From Desulfosoma sp. (GTDB lineage Bacteria; Desulfobacterota; Syntrophobacteria; Syntrophobacterales; DSM-9756), in NCBI GenBank assembly GCA_037481835.1, contig JBBFKW010000004.1:14569-78568 (forward strand): 64,000 nt of DNA, given 5' to 3'. The translations under genes were made by a program, and so were the position numbers. Of this stretch, positions 38,026 through 48,381 are shown piece after piece. Numbering within the stretch: the first letter of the stretch is position 1; every line of letters begins with the position of its first letter. A model generated the notes under the pieces. The model ran no database searches. It worked only from the letters and a program-made list of their open reading frames with translations, and was not told the DNA's origin.

Positions 38026-39330
38026 ATGGACATCTACCTTGTCGGCATGAATCACAAGACGGCCCCGGTGGACATTCGGGAGCGCATCGCCCAGGTCTGT
38101 CGAATGGATGCCAACCCGCTGGAGCAGCGGCCCCATTGCAAGGCCGTGGAAGAATTGTTTTTCCTTTCCACGTGCAATCGCGTCGAGTTTCTCTTTACCA
38201 CGCGAAACGGATCCGACGGCGTCGAGGAAATCACGGACCTCATGGTCCGCCTCATCGGCCTGCCCAAGGAGATGGTGCTCAAGCATTTTTATGTTCATAA
38301 GAATCTGGAAGCCGTGCGGCATCTTTTCCGCGTCGCATCCGGTTTGGATTCCATGGTGGTCGGCGAACCCCAGATCCTGGGCCAGATCAAGGACGCCTAT
38401 CGGGAAGCGACCCAATACCGGACGGTGGGTGTGGTCTTGAACCGGCTGTTACACAAGACCTTTTCCGTAGCCAAACGCGTGCGCACGGAAACCAACATCG
38501 GCTGTCACGCGGTGTCGGTGAGCTATGCCGCGGTGGAGCTTGCGAAAAAAATCTTCGGGGACCTCAGGGACAAACGGGTCATGCTCGTCGGCGCCGGAGA
38601 GATGGCCGAACTGGCCGCCGAGCATTTTCGGGGCCAAGGCGTTCGGGACATGGTCGTTGTCAATCGGACGTTGGAACGTGCCGTAGAGTTGGGCCGGCGT
38701 TTTCATGCCCAGACAGTCCCCTTCGCCCACTTCCCCGACGCCCTCCTGGACGTGGACATCGTGCTGTGCTCCACGGCGGCCGCCCAACCCATCCTTACCG
38801 CCGCCGACCTTAAACCCCGCATGCGCAAGCGCAAGAACCGCCCCTTGTTTTTCATTGACATCGCCATGCCGCGCAACGTGGATCCCAAGGTCCACGAAAT
38901 CGACAATGTCTACCTTTATGACATCGATGACCTCAAAGGCATCGTGGACCTGAACCTTTCGGAAAGGCGCCACGAGGCGGAAAAGGCCCAGTTCATCATC
39001 GACACCGAAACCTTGCAGTTTCAACAGTGGCTCCAGACCCTGGACGTGGTGCCGACCATTATCGCGTTGCGCCGTAAGGCCGAAAGCATTCGGCAGGCGG
39101 AACTGCGCAAGACCCTTTCCCAACTGCCCGGATTGGGCGATAAGGAAAAGGAAGCCATCGGAGTCTTGACGGAGTCGATGATCAAGAAGCTCCTGCACGA
39201 TCCCATTGTCTTCCTCAAGAAGAAATCGGTGCGGGAATCCAAAAAACTCTATGTCAGTTTCACGCGGCAGTTGTTCAATCTCGATCAGGAGGACGCGCCG
39301 GCACGCTCGCTTGACTGCACCGACGGGTGA
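38026..39330 (+). CDS. hemA: Glutamyl-tRNA reductase
   Basis: HKTAPV..RE, STCNRVE, GLDSMVVGEPQILGQ, GAGEM. Confidence 0.97.
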   Translation: MDIYLVGMNHKTAPVDIRERIAQVCRMDANPLEQRPHCKAVEELFFLSTCNRVEFLFTTRNGSDGVEEITDLMVRLIGLPKEMVLKHFYVHKNLEAVRHLFRVASGLDSMVVGEPQILGQIKDAYREATQYRTVGVVLNRLLHKTFSVAKRVRTETNIGCHAVSVSYAAVELAKKIFGDLRDKRVMLVGAGEMAELAAEHFRGQGVRDMVVVNRTLERAVELGRRFHAQTVPFAHFPDALLDVDIVLCSTAAAQPILTAADLKPRMRKRKNRPLFFIDIAMPRNVDPKVHEIDNVYLYDIDDLKGIVDLNLSERRHEAEKAQFIIDTETLQFQQWLQTLDVVPTIIALRRKAESIRQAELRKTLSQLPGLGDKEKEAIGVLTESMIKKLLHDPIVFLKKKSVRESKKLYVSFTRQLFNLDQEDAPARSLDCTDG

Positions 39331-39395
39331 TGTTAACGATCGGAGCCGCCGGCCGGCGCAAAAGCCGGCCGAAGGCTGTAAGACAGGGGGGCGCT

Positions 39396-39800
39396 ATGGC
39401 GGAAATCCTTGAATTCGGTAAGAAAAGACATGACGGCGCCAAGGCCGAAAGAGACGCCGAAGATCGCCGCCGAAAGGTGGAGGCCCTGCGGAGCCTCTTT
39501 CAGTGCAGTCGATGCGCCTTCAAATGCGCCAAATGCGGCACCCAGCTGGACCAGGCGGATCGCTCCGGGCACCGATATGCCAGCCCATATCCGTTGTGTC
39601 GCCATTGCCACGAGGAATACCAGGAATACCGAATGCGCCTGGACCACCCCGACCGACCCGCCGCCCAGTACTGGCACAATGCCCTGTGGATGGGGGTGTG
39701 GGAAAGCTGGCTGGAACACCAAAGGCGGCTGGACGAATACCGCCGATCCAAAGAATTTCTCCAACTGGTGCAGGAAGTGGAAGAACTTTTGGGAACTTAA
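39396..39800 (+). CDS. Cys-rich hypothetical protein (zinc-finger-like)
   Basis: CSRCAFKCAKC...LCRHC. Confidence 0.7.
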   Translation: MAEILEFGKKRHDGAKAERDAEDRRRKVEALRSLFQCSRCAFKCAKCGTQLDQADRSGHRYASPYPLCRHCHEEYQEYRMRLDHPDRPAAQYWHNALWMGVWESWLEHQRRLDEYRRSKEFLQLVQEVEELLGT

Positions 39801-39821
39801 CGTCGAGCAAGGAGCCCTCAC

Positions 39822-40034
39822 ATGATTGGTGGCATCGGCATGTCCGAATTGTTGGTCATCTTGGTGATCGTTCTCATCATCTTCGGCGCCGGAAAGTTGC
39901 CTGAAATCGGCGCCGGTTTGGGAAAGGGCATCCGCAACTTCAAGAAGGCGACGCAGGAAGAGCCGGAACTTCCTGAGAAGAAAATGGAAAAGATTGAAGC
40001 CCCGGCAGGGGGAACGGAAAAGCCCTCCAGCTGA
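39822..40034 (+). CDS. tatA: Twin-arginine translocase TatA
   Basis: [30 protein letters not shown]. Confidence 0.95.
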   Translation: MIGGIGMSELLVILVIVLIIFGAGKLPEIGAGLGKGIRNFKKATQEEPELPEKKMEKIEAPAGGTEKPSS

Positions 40035-40166
40035 GGCCTGGGCGGTTCCTTAAATCCGAGGCCCTGACGAGCGCTCCCCTCCTTCCCCATGCTTTCGGGG
40101 CGGGCTTTGCGCCCCTTGGTCGAGCCGCCGCGCGGCGCCGCTCGCCGTGCTCCGGAACGAAAACTT

Positions 40167-40637
40167 TCAAAACGGGATGTCGTCCCCTTGGGGTCCGGGC
40201 ATTTCCGGCAAGGCATCGGGAAAGGGCTCTTCGGCCTTGGGTTTTGGACCCGGCTCCCGGCGCAAAGGCGCCTGGCCCGTTTCGGCGTGAACCGGCGCAT
40301 CCCGCCCGCTGTCGAGAAAGCCCACATCGGAGGCCACGATTTCCGTCGTCGATCGGCGCACGCCCTGGGCATCCTCCCACTGGTTGGTTCGCAGCCGCCC
40401 TTCCACGTAGACCAGACGTCCCTTGGAAAGGTAATTGGCGCAGTTTTCGGCGATCTTGCCGAACACCACGATGCGGTGCCATTCGGTGCGGTTTTCCCAA
40501 TTGCCTTCTCCAGCCGGCACCCTTTCGTCCGTCGCCAGGTTGAAGCGCACCACCGGCAATCCGCTTTGGGTATAGCGCACATCGGGATCGGCGCCCAATC
40601 GGCCGATAAGAATGACCTTGTTCAAAGTCCGCGCCAT
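40167..40637 (-). CDS. ssb: Single-stranded DNA-binding protein
   Basis: NKVILIGRLGADP, TEWHRIV, VEGRLRT, DDIPF C-terminus. Confidence 0.97.
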   Translation of the reverse strand: MARTLNKVILIGRLGADPDVRYTQSGLPVVRFNLATDERVPAGEGNWENRTEWHRIVVFGKIAENCANYLSKGRLVYVEGRLRTNQWEDAQGVRRSTTEIVASDVGFLDSGRDAPVHAETGQAPLRREPGPKPKAEEPFPDALPEMPGPQGDDIPF

Positions 40638-40777
40638 GACGTCCCTCGCCTTTCTATGGCCGCTGGGGCCGTTTTGCTGCAAAATACCGGCATGTTTCGA
40701 AACGCCCTTATTTTAATGATTCTATAACACAGGCCCTTCTGTCGTCACAAGCTCGGCGTGACGTGCCGCGAACGAAG

Positions 40778-40806
40778 TTGACTCCATGGGGGAAAGCCTT
40801 TACACT
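40778..40806 (+). promoter_or_regulatory. Putative sigma70 promoter of the plsC-rnj-ftsK operon
   Basis: TTGACT-N17-TACACT. Confidence 0.6.
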
Positions 40807-40863
40807 CTCGCCCGTTCAAGGATTTTAAGTCCTTTTTCCCTATAGTTAAATCGAGGGTCCCGC

Positions 40864-41631
40864 ATGAGGTGTGTGCGTACGGTTACTTTTTACGCCATGT
40901 TGCTCGTCTCGACGATCCTTTTGGGGATTTCGGCCATCACCATCGTCCTGGTCACCCGCAGAAGCGACTGGGCCCATTTGTGCGGCCGCCTGTGGGGAAA
41001 TCTCAATTTATGGGCGGCTGGGGTCACCGTGGACGTCCTGGGAAGGGAAAACCTGGATCCTCGAAAACCCGTGGTGTATGCCGCCAATCACCAAAGCTGG
41101 TTCGATATCTTCGCCATCCTGGGGAAACTCCCGGTGCAATTTCGATGGCTGGCCAAGGAAGAACTGTTTCGCATCCCCATCATGGGATACGCCATGCGGC
41201 TGATCGGCTACGTGCCCATTGACCGTTCCGACCGGAGAAAAGCTTTTCAGAGTCTGGAAGAAGCCTCCCAGCGAGTTCGCGAAGGGACGTCCGTCGTCAT
41301 TTTTCCCGAAGGCACTCGAAGCCGGGACGGGGTCATCCAGCCCTTCAAGAAAGGCGGCATCATTTTGGCCATCAAGTCAGGGCAGCCCATCGTGCCGGTC
41401 AGTTTGAGCGGATCTTACAAGATTCTTCCCAAAGGGGGCCGCCTGGTGCGCCCGGGGCGGATCCGCATGACCATCGGCACTCCCATCGAGACGGCCTCCA
41501 TGACCCTGGAAGACCGGGACCGCGTGATTCACATGGTCCGCGAAGCCATAAGGCTCCACCTCACCGAAAGGGAAGGGGGCTTGCTGAGCGACGATCCACC
41601 CGTCGCACAGGTCCGCCCCGCCGTTCTATGA
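40864..41631 (+). CDS. plsC: 1-acyl-sn-glycerol-3-phosphate acyltransferase
   Basis: NHQSWFD, IFPEGTRS, FKKG. Confidence 0.92.
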   Translation: MRCVRTVTFYAMLLVSTILLGISAITIVLVTRRSDWAHLCGRLWGNLNLWAAGVTVDVLGRENLDPRKPVVYAANHQSWFDIFAILGKLPVQFRWLAKEELFRIPIMGYAMRLIGYVPIDRSDRRKAFQSLEEASQRVREGTSVVIFPEGTRSRDGVIQPFKKGGIILAIKSGQPIVPVSLSGSYKILPKGGRLVRPGRIRMTIGTPIETASMTLEDRDRVIHMVREAIRLHLTEREGGLLSDDPPVAQVRPAVL

Positions 41632-43307
41632 CCATGAAGCCCTCCGACACCCTTCCGCTGCGCCTGATCCCCCTCGGGGGATGCGGCGAAATCGGCCTCA
41701 ACATGCTGGTCATCGAATACGGGGACACCATCGTCGTCATCGATGCCGGCTTGATGTTTCCCGAAGAGGAAATGCTGGGAATCGACATCGTCATTCCCGA
41801 CTTTTCTTATCTTCGGGAACACAAGGAAAAGGTCCAGGCCCTCGTGGTCACCCACGGCCATGAAGACCACATCGGGGCCATCCCCTTTTTCATTCGCGAA
41901 TTTCCGGTCCCCATCTATGGCACGGCCCTGTCCCTCGCCCTCATCGAAGAAAAACTTCGGGAACACAAGCTCCTGGAACGTACGGTGCTCCATAGGATCC
42001 AGGCTCGAGACCGCTTGGCCGTCGGCCCTCTGACCTTGGAGTTCATCCAGGTGTGCCACAGCATTCCGGACGGGGTGGGAGTGGCCGTGGAGACCCCCCA
42101 GGGGATCATCGTCCATTCGGGGGATTTCAAGATCGACCATACACCCCTGGACGGCAAGAGGTTTGACACGGCCCGATTCGCCGCCTACGGGGAACGGGGG
42201 GTTCTCGCCTTGCTTTCCGATTCCACCAACGTGGAAAAGGAAGGCTACACCTTGTCCGAAAAAGATATCGGGCATACTTTTCGGGAGATTTTTCGGGAAT
42301 GTTCCGGGCGGATTATCGTGGCCGTCTTTGCCAGCAACATTCATCGCATTCAACAGGTCTTGAATCTGGCCGAAGAATTCGGCCGGAAGGTTTTTTTCAG
42401 CGGCAAATCCATGGTGACCAACGTCCGGATCGCCAGGCACCTGGGATATCTTGACTTCAACCCGGAGAACGAAACCTCGCTGGCAGAACTCCAGCATCTT
42501 CCCGACAACCAGGTGCTCATGCTCACCACCGGAAGCCAAGGCGAGCCCATGAGCGCCCTGACCCGGATGGCCTTCAACGTGCACAAGAAGCTGTCCATCA
42601 AAGCCGGCGATACGGTAGTCTTCTCCTCCAAGTTCATTCCGGGAAATGAACGCGCGATCCATAACATTATCAATCACCTGTACCGCCACGGCGCCCAGGT
42701 CATCCACGACCAGGTGAAAGAAATCCATGTGTCGGGACATGCCTACCGGGAAGAGCTTAAAACCATGATCAATCTGGTGCGCCCCACGTATTTCATCCCG
42801 ATCCACGGGGAATACCGGCACCTTGTCCAGCACAAGCACCTGGCTCAAAGACTCGGGATCCCCGATGACCACTGCCTGGTTGTGGAAAACGGCGACGTCG
42901 TCTCCTTCGACAGGGGGGCCGCTACGGTGCAGAAGCGCATCGAGACCGGGAGGGTTTTTGTGGACGGCAAAGGAGTCGGGGATGTGTGCGATTTGGTGTT
43001 GCGAGACCGCCGGCACCTTTCCGAAGACGGCATGGTATTGGTTTCCCTGGTGGTGAGCAAAGAAACCCGGGAGATTCTCAGCGGCCCGGAGGTGGTGAGC
43101 CGTGGGTTCATTCTCGAAGAGACCAAGCCTGAAATTCTCGACAGTGCGCGGTGTCTCATCTTGGACGTGCTCGAACGGTTTCAGGCCGAGGGTGAGATGA
43201 TGGACTGCGGGGATTTTCAGTTGGAAATCCGAAGGGAGCTCAAAAGGTTTTTCCAGAAGGTGCTGGAAAGACGGCCGTTCATCCATCCCATGGTGGTGGA
43301 AGTCTAG
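41628..43307 (+). CDS. rnj: Ribonuclease J
   Basis: GGCGEIGLN, THGHEDHIG, HSIPD, GDFK, TGSQGEP, HVSGH. Confidence 0.96.
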   Translation: MTMKPSDTLPLRLIPLGGCGEIGLNMLVIEYGDTIVVIDAGLMFPEEEMLGIDIVIPDFSYLREHKEKVQALVVTHGHEDHIGAIPFFIREFPVPIYGTALSLALIEEKLREHKLLERTVLHRIQARDRLAVGPLTLEFIQVCHSIPDGVGVAVETPQGIIVHSGDFKIDHTPLDGKRFDTARFAAYGERGVLALLSDSTNVEKEGYTLSEKDIGHTFREIFRECSGRIIVAVFASNIHRIQQVLNLAEEFGRKVFFSGKSMVTNVRIARHLGYLDFNPENETSLAELQHLPDNQVLMLTTGSQGEPMSALTRMAFNVHKKLSIKAGDTVVFSSKFIPGNERAIHNIINHLYRHGAQVIHDQVKEIHVSGHAYREELKTMINLVRPTYFIPIHGEYRHLVQHKHLAQRLGIPDDHCLVVENGDVVSFDRGAATVQKRIETGRVFVDGKGVGDVCDLVLRDRRHLSEDGMVLVSLVVSKETREILSGPEVVSRGFILEETKPEILDSARCLILDVLERFQAEGEMMDCGDFQLEIRRELKRFFQKVLERRPFIHPMVVEV

Positions 43308-43320
43308 AAGGGGACGAGTT

Positions 43321-45555
43321 GTGGAGCGCAAGAAACACGAAGCCTGGGCCTTAGCCGTTTTGACGGCGAGTGTTCTTACGGCGGCGAGTCTCTTTTCGTA
43401 CCACAGTGCCGATCCCACTTTTTTTGGCTCTTCGGCCGCCGGTCGCACCATAGCGAACTGGATCGGCACGCTGGGCGCACACCTCTCCTGGCTCCTCTTT
43501 TTTCTGATCGGCTTGGGAGCTTATGCTCTTCCGCTCTTTGGTTTTTGGTGGAGCTGGTCGCTTCTTAAGGGCCGTGCCGTGTTTCCCTACGGGGGGATGC
43601 ATGTGGTGGGGCTGGTCCTCATGCTGTGGAGCGCCGTCACCCTGGCCGCCTTTCACGGACCGAAAGCCTCAGTGTTCGGCCAAGAAATCCTCGTGGGAGG
43701 CCAGCTGGGCACCCTTTCCGCGACTTGGCTTGACGCTCGTTTGAATCTTTTGGGTGCACACGTGCTCCTGGGAGGCCTCTTTCTCATCGGGCTCGTCCTT
43801 GCCACCCCTTTCAGCCTGAAATCCTTCGGGCGGCTTGTCGTGGCCATCCCTCTCGGTGTTTTTGCCCTCTTTAAGAGGTCTCGCCTTGAGGCAGCCAGAA
43901 CCGTGCCGAAAGAATCCACGGAAGAACGACCTGCAACCGCTCCGGCTCCGCGACCGAGCCGGCGCTCCAAGGGCTCGGCCGGCTCGGAGCGCAAGCTTGC
44001 GGAGGCGGCTCCTGCGCCGCCGCGCCCTGCGGTGGAAGAACCGGCTCTTTCACCTCGACAAAAGGCCGTCCCTTCGGGGCGCTCCCCCGAGGCGGTTTCC
44101 TTGCCGCCCGTCGATCTTTTGGATTTTTACGAAGCCGAAGAGGCCACACCGGATCCTTCCGTCCTCCAGCAAAGAGCCCGAACCCTGGAAGAAAAGCTCG
44201 GAGATTTCGGCGTCCAGGGCCGCGTTGTGGGGATCAATCCCGGCCCGGTGATCACCATGTACGAATACAGCCCGGCACCGGGCATCAAGATCAGCCGCAT
44301 CGTCGGCTTGGCCGACGATCTCTCCATGGCCCTCAAGGCGACAAGCGTGCGGGTCGTCGCCCCGATTCCCGGAAAGGCGGCCATCGGTATCGAAATTCCC
44401 AACGAAAAACGGGCCATGGTTTCCCTTCGCTCCATCATCGAATCCAAAGCGTTCAGCGCGTCCCCATCGCCTTTGACCATCGCTCTGGGCAAGGACATCA
44501 CCGGGGATCCCGTGGTTACCCAATTGACCCGCATGCCGCACCTGCTCATCGCCGGGGCCACCGGGACGGGGAAATCCGTGTGCATCAACGCCATCCTGCT
44601 CAGCCTCCTCTATCGGAACACGCCCGACACCTTGAGGTTCCTGTTGATCGATCCCAAACGCATAGAATTGAGCACGTACGAAAACATTCCCCATCTGCTC
44701 CATCCCGTCGTCACGGAACCCAAGATGGCCACTCGCGCCCTGCGATGGGCCGTTCAGGAAATGGAACTGCGCTACAAGCTCTTGGCCGACAAAAACGTCC
44801 GCAACATCGAAACCTACAACCGGGTATTGGGAAAGCAAGACTTGCGAAAAACCCCGGAAGGCCAGGTTAGGGAAACGGCCAACGGTTTGGTGCTGGAACA
44901 TCACCCTCTGCCGTACATCGTCCTGGTCATCGACGAACTCGCCGATCTCATGATGGTCGCTTCCCGGGAAGTGGAAGAATACATCACGCGGTTGGCCCAG
45001 ATGGCCCGAGCGGCTGGCATCCATCTCATTTTGGCGACCCAAAGGCCGTCCGTGGACGTTTTGACCGGTATCATCAAGGCCAACATCCCGACGCGCATCT
45101 CCTTCCAGGTGTCCTCCAAGGTGGATTCCCGTACCGTGCTCGACACCAACGGAGCCGAAACCCTCCTGGGGGCCGGCGACATGCTTTTCCTCCCCCCCGG
45201 GACGGGCAAATTGCAACGCATCCAGGGCGCCTTCGTTTCCGATGCCGAGGTGCAGCGGGTGACGGACTTCTGGCGCGAACGCCATCCCGAGGCGGATCCC
45301 ATGGCGCAACGGGTGACCTTTGCGGACAAGGAGTCGGGATCGGAAATCGCGGAAGAAGAAATGGACGAAAAGTATGAGGAAGCGGTGCGGCTTGTGGTGG
45401 AAAGCCGCCAGGCTTCCATTTCCATGATCCAAAGGCGGCTTCGGATCGGCTACAACCGGGCTGCGCGAATGATCGAAATCATGGAGCAGCAAGGAATCGT
45501 CAGCCCCTCGGACGGGAGCAAACCCCGCGAGGTTCTGGTTCCCAAGGAGCCCTGA
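43321..45555 (+). CDS. ftsK: DNA translocase FtsK
   Basis: N-terminal TMs, PHLLIAGATGTGKS, IDELADLM, ATQRPSVD, gamma domain GYNRAAR. Confidence 0.96.
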   Translation: MERKKHEAWALAVLTASVLTAASLFSYHSADPTFFGSSAAGRTIANWIGTLGAHLSWLLFFLIGLGAYALPLFGFWWSWSLLKGRAVFPYGGMHVVGLVLMLWSAVTLAAFHGPKASVFGQEILVGGQLGTLSATWLDARLNLLGAHVLLGGLFLIGLVLATPFSLKSFGRLVVAIPLGVFALFKRSRLEAARTVPKESTEERPATAPAPRPSRRSKGSAGSERKLAEAAPAPPRPAVEEPALSPRQKAVPSGRSPEAVSLPPVDLLDFYEAEEATPDPSVLQQRARTLEEKLGDFGVQGRVVGINPGPVITMYEYSPAPGIKISRIVGLADDLSMALKATSVRVVAPIPGKAAIGIEIPNEKRAMVSLRSIIESKAFSASPSPLTIALGKDITGDPVVTQLTRMPHLLIAGATGTGKSVCINAILLSLLYRNTPDTLRFLLIDPKRIELSTYENIPHLLHPVVTEPKMATRALRWAVQEMELRYKLLADKNVRNIETYNRVLGKQDLRKTPEGQVRETANGLVLEHHPLPYIVLVIDELADLMMVASREVEEYITRLAQMARAAGIHLILATQRPSVDVLTGIIKANIPTRISFQVSSKVDSRTVLDTNGAETLLGAGDMLFLPPGTGKLQRIQGAFVSDAEVQRVTDFWRERHPEADPMAQRVTFADKESGSEIAEEEMDEKYEEAVRLVVESRQASISMIQRRLRIGYNRAARMIEIMEQQGIVSPSDGSKPREVLVPKEP

Positions 45556-45560
45556 GATCC

Positions 45561-46340
45561 ATGAGCACATCACATCGGCGTTTCAGCGCGGCATGGAGCC
45601 CTGTTTTGGGCTTCGCTTATCGATTTATGATAGCGGTCTTCATCGTGCATGGGGCCGTGAGCGCGGCTGCAGCGGCCTCCGCCGGCGACGGTGCGGATGC
45701 CGGAGTGCAACACATTCTGAGCAAAATGGAAGACCACTACCGAAGCGTCTCGGCTTACACCGCGGATTTTTCCCAGTGGACCACATCCGTGGCCGCTTCG
45801 GGGGCGACCACGGAAGCCCGCGGTGTTTTTTACTTTCAAAAACCCCGGCGCATGCGCTGGGAATACGAACAGCCGGAACGCCAGATCTTCATTGCGCTCA
45901 AGGACACGGCGTGGCTTTACGTCCCCGAAGACCGGCAGATCTCTCTTTTCGAAATGAAGGAACTCATGCAGTCACCCATCATGCGCACCTTTTTTGAAGG
46001 GGTCGTCCCGTTGCGGGAAAGCTTCCAGGCTTCCTTCGACGCCGCAGCAGCGACGGAACAAACCGCCGTCCTGCGCCTCACCCCGAAGCAGGAAGATCCC
46101 AATGTGCGCGCCCTGCGCGTGTGGGTCGACACCCACGACTACAAGATCACCGAAATCGAAGCCCAAGACGCCCTGGGAAATCTCAACCGCATCCAGTTTC
46201 AAAACCAAAAGGAAATGCCCGCGCTGCCCAAGGAGCTTTTCGCTTTCGACCCGGACGATTCCATCGTCGTCTTGGACCCGAGCGGTCGCAAGCTGAACCG
46301 GGAAGAGATCGGCGCCATCAAACGCCGACTGAGAGACTGA
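45561..46340 (+). CDS. lolA: Outer-membrane lipoprotein carrier
   Basis: Signal peptide, ADFSQ, KPRRMRWEY..P; follows ftsK. Confidence 0.88.
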   Translation: MSTSHRRFSAAWSPVLGFAYRFMIAVFIVHGAVSAAAAASAGDGADAGVQHILSKMEDHYRSVSAYTADFSQWTTSVAASGATTEARGVFYFQKPRRMRWEYEQPERQIFIALKDTAWLYVPEDRQISLFEMKELMQSPIMRTFFEGVVPLRESFQASFDAAAATEQTAVLRLTPKQEDPNVRALRVWVDTHDYKITEIEAQDALGNLNRIQFQNQKEMPALPKELFAFDPDDSIVVLDPSGRKLNREEIGAIKRRLRD

Positions 46341-46352
46341 ACGGAGATTCGC

Positions 46353-47264
46353 ATGTCGTCCGACGATCGGCTCATCGCAAGAATCGCCACACTGAGGAAG
46401 GAAAAAAACGCCGTCATTTTGGCGCACAACTACCAGCCCGGCATCATCCAGGACCTCGCCGATCTTACGGGCGATTCCCTGGAACTGAGCCGAAAGGCGA
46501 GGGAGACGGACGCTCATGTCATCGTCTTTTGCGGCGTCCATTTCATGGCGGAAACCGCGGCCATCCTCAACCCCGACAAGGTGGTCGTCCTGCCCAATCC
46601 GGCGGCCGGGTGCGCCATGGCCGACATGATCACCGCCCGGGACGTGCGCCGGATCCGAGAAGATCACCCCGGGGTGCCCATCGTCACCTACGTGAATTCC
46701 ACGGCGGAAGTGAAGGCGGAAAGCACGGTCTGCTGCACCTCAGCCAACGTCACTCGCGTGGTGGCATCCTTCAAAGACGAAAAGGCCCTGTATCTCATCC
46801 CCGACCAAAACCTTGCCTTGTATGCCGCACGCCATACCGACAAGACGATCCACTACTGGAAGGGGTATTGTCCCATCCACCACCGCTTGACGGCGGAAAC
46901 GGTCCGCCAAGCCCGGCAGGCCCACCCGGACGCTTTGTTTATCGCTCATCCCGAATGTCGGCCCGAAGTGTTGGACCTGGCCGACGTGGTGACAAGCACT
47001 TCCGGGATGCTGCGCTTTGCCAAGGAAAGCCCCCACCGGGCCTTCATCATCGGGACGGAAACGGGCATCCTTCACCCGCTTCGTCGAGACAATCCCGACA
47101 AAGCCTTTTATCCCGTCTCCCCCCGGATGGTGTGCCCCGACATGAAAAAGACTTCCTTGGCCGATATCGTGCGCAGCCTGGAAACGCTCAGCCCCAGAGT
47201 CCAGGTGCCCGAAGAAATCCGAGTCAAGGCGCTCGAGGCCGTGGAGCGCATGCTGCAGATTTAA
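46353..47264 (+). CDS. nadA: Quinolinate synthase
   Basis: LAHNYQ, FCGVHFMAETA, GCAMAD, YVNS, HPEC, CPDMK. Confidence 0.96.
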   Translation: MSSDDRLIARIATLRKEKNAVILAHNYQPGIIQDLADLTGDSLELSRKARETDAHVIVFCGVHFMAETAAILNPDKVVVLPNPAAGCAMADMITARDVRRIREDHPGVPIVTYVNSTAEVKAESTVCCTSANVTRVVASFKDEKALYLIPDQNLALYAARHTDKTIHYWKGYCPIHHRLTAETVRQARQAHPDALFIAHPECRPEVLDLADVVTSTSGMLRFAKESPHRAFIIGTETGILHPLRRDNPDKAFYPVSPRMVCPDMKKTSLADIVRSLETLSPRVQVPEEIRVKALEAVERMLQI

Positions 47265-47273
47265 GGAACTGCC

Positions 47274-48380
47274 ATGGGCGAAGAGGGTTCACCGAAAAAG
47301 CCTGTTTTGGCCGTGACGATGGGGGATCCCGCTGGGGTGGGCCCGGAAGTGATCGTCAAGGCGGTTCACGAGCCCTGGGTGCGGGCGGCGTGCCGCCCCT
47401 TGATCATCGGCGATGTGAAGGCGCTTCATCGGGAAATGGACGCCTTGAATCTTCGCCTTCCTCTGAAGGTTCTTGGGGACGCAGAAGACGTCCAGGGATT
47501 TCTTACCGATGAGGCCCTTTGCGTGCTGTGCCCCAGACCCTTGAGTCCGGGCGATATCGCCTACGGCCGACCGTCAGCGGAGGCATGCCGGGAAACCATC
47601 CGTTTCATTCGAAGGGCCGTTGACTTGGCCATGAAGGGTCGCGCCGACGCTGTGGTCACCGGCCCCATTCACAAGGATATGCTTCAAAGGCACGGCTTCG
47701 CCTTTCCGGGGCATACGGAATTCCTCCAGGATCTCACCGGGGCCCCGCACGTGGTCATGATGCTTGCCGGACCGAAACTCCGTGTGGCCCTCCTCACCAT
47801 CCATCGCCCCCTTCGGGAGGTGGCCGATGCCGTCACACCCGAAAGGATCCTTAAAACGTTGGATGTGCTGGTCGCCTCTTTGAGGCGGGAGTTCGGGATT
47901 TCCCGGCCCAGAGTGGCCGTCGCGGGGCTCAACCCCCATGCCGGGGAATCCGGTCGGTTCGGCCGAGAAGAGCTGGACATCATCGGCCCGGCCATCGACA
48001 GTTTCCGCCGAAATCACCCGTCCTGCGATGTTTCGGGCCCTCACCCGCCGGATACGGTCTTTGTGCGGGCCTTCGAAGGGGCCTTCGACGCGGTCCTCGC
48101 CCTGTATCACGACCAGGGACTCATCCCGTTGAAACTCGCCCATTTTTATGAAGCCGCCAACGTCACCTTAGGGCTTCCCATCGTCCGCACGTCTGTGGAC
48201 CACGGCACGGGATATGACATCGCCGGCACGGGAAAGGCCCATCCCGGAAGCCTCCTATACGCCATGAAAACGGCCCTCACCATGGTCCATCACAGGGCCG
48301 CCGGAACCTTGCGGGAACGCACGGATTCCGGGGAAACCCCGCGTGGCGCAGAAAGTCTTGTCGTGAGTCGTGAGTCGTGA
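47274..48380 (+). CDS. pdxA: 4-hydroxythreonine-4-phosphate dehydrogenase
   Basis: MGDPAGVGPE, GHTE, LNPHAGE, YHDQG, RTSVDHGT. Confidence 0.93.
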   Translation: MGEEGSPKKPVLAVTMGDPAGVGPEVIVKAVHEPWVRAACRPLIIGDVKALHREMDALNLRLPLKVLGDAEDVQGFLTDEALCVLCPRPLSPGDIAYGRPSAEACRETIRFIRRAVDLAMKGRADAVVTGPIHKDMLQRHGFAFPGHTEFLQDLTGAPHVVMMLAGPKLRVALLTIHRPLREVADAVTPERILKTLDVLVASLRREFGISRPRVAVAGLNPHAGESGRFGREELDIIGPAIDSFRRNHPSCDVSGPHPPDTVFVRAFEGAFDAVLALYHDQGLIPLKLAHFYEAANVTLGLPIVRTSVDHGTGYDIAGTGKAHPGSLLYAMKTALTMVHHRAAGTLRERTDSGETPRGAESLVVSRES

Positions 48381-48381
48381 G
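48360..48381. repeat. (GTCGTGA)x3 heptamer tandem repeat at the pdxA/uvrA junction
   Basis: gtcgtgagtcgtgagtcgtgag. Confidence 0.85.
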
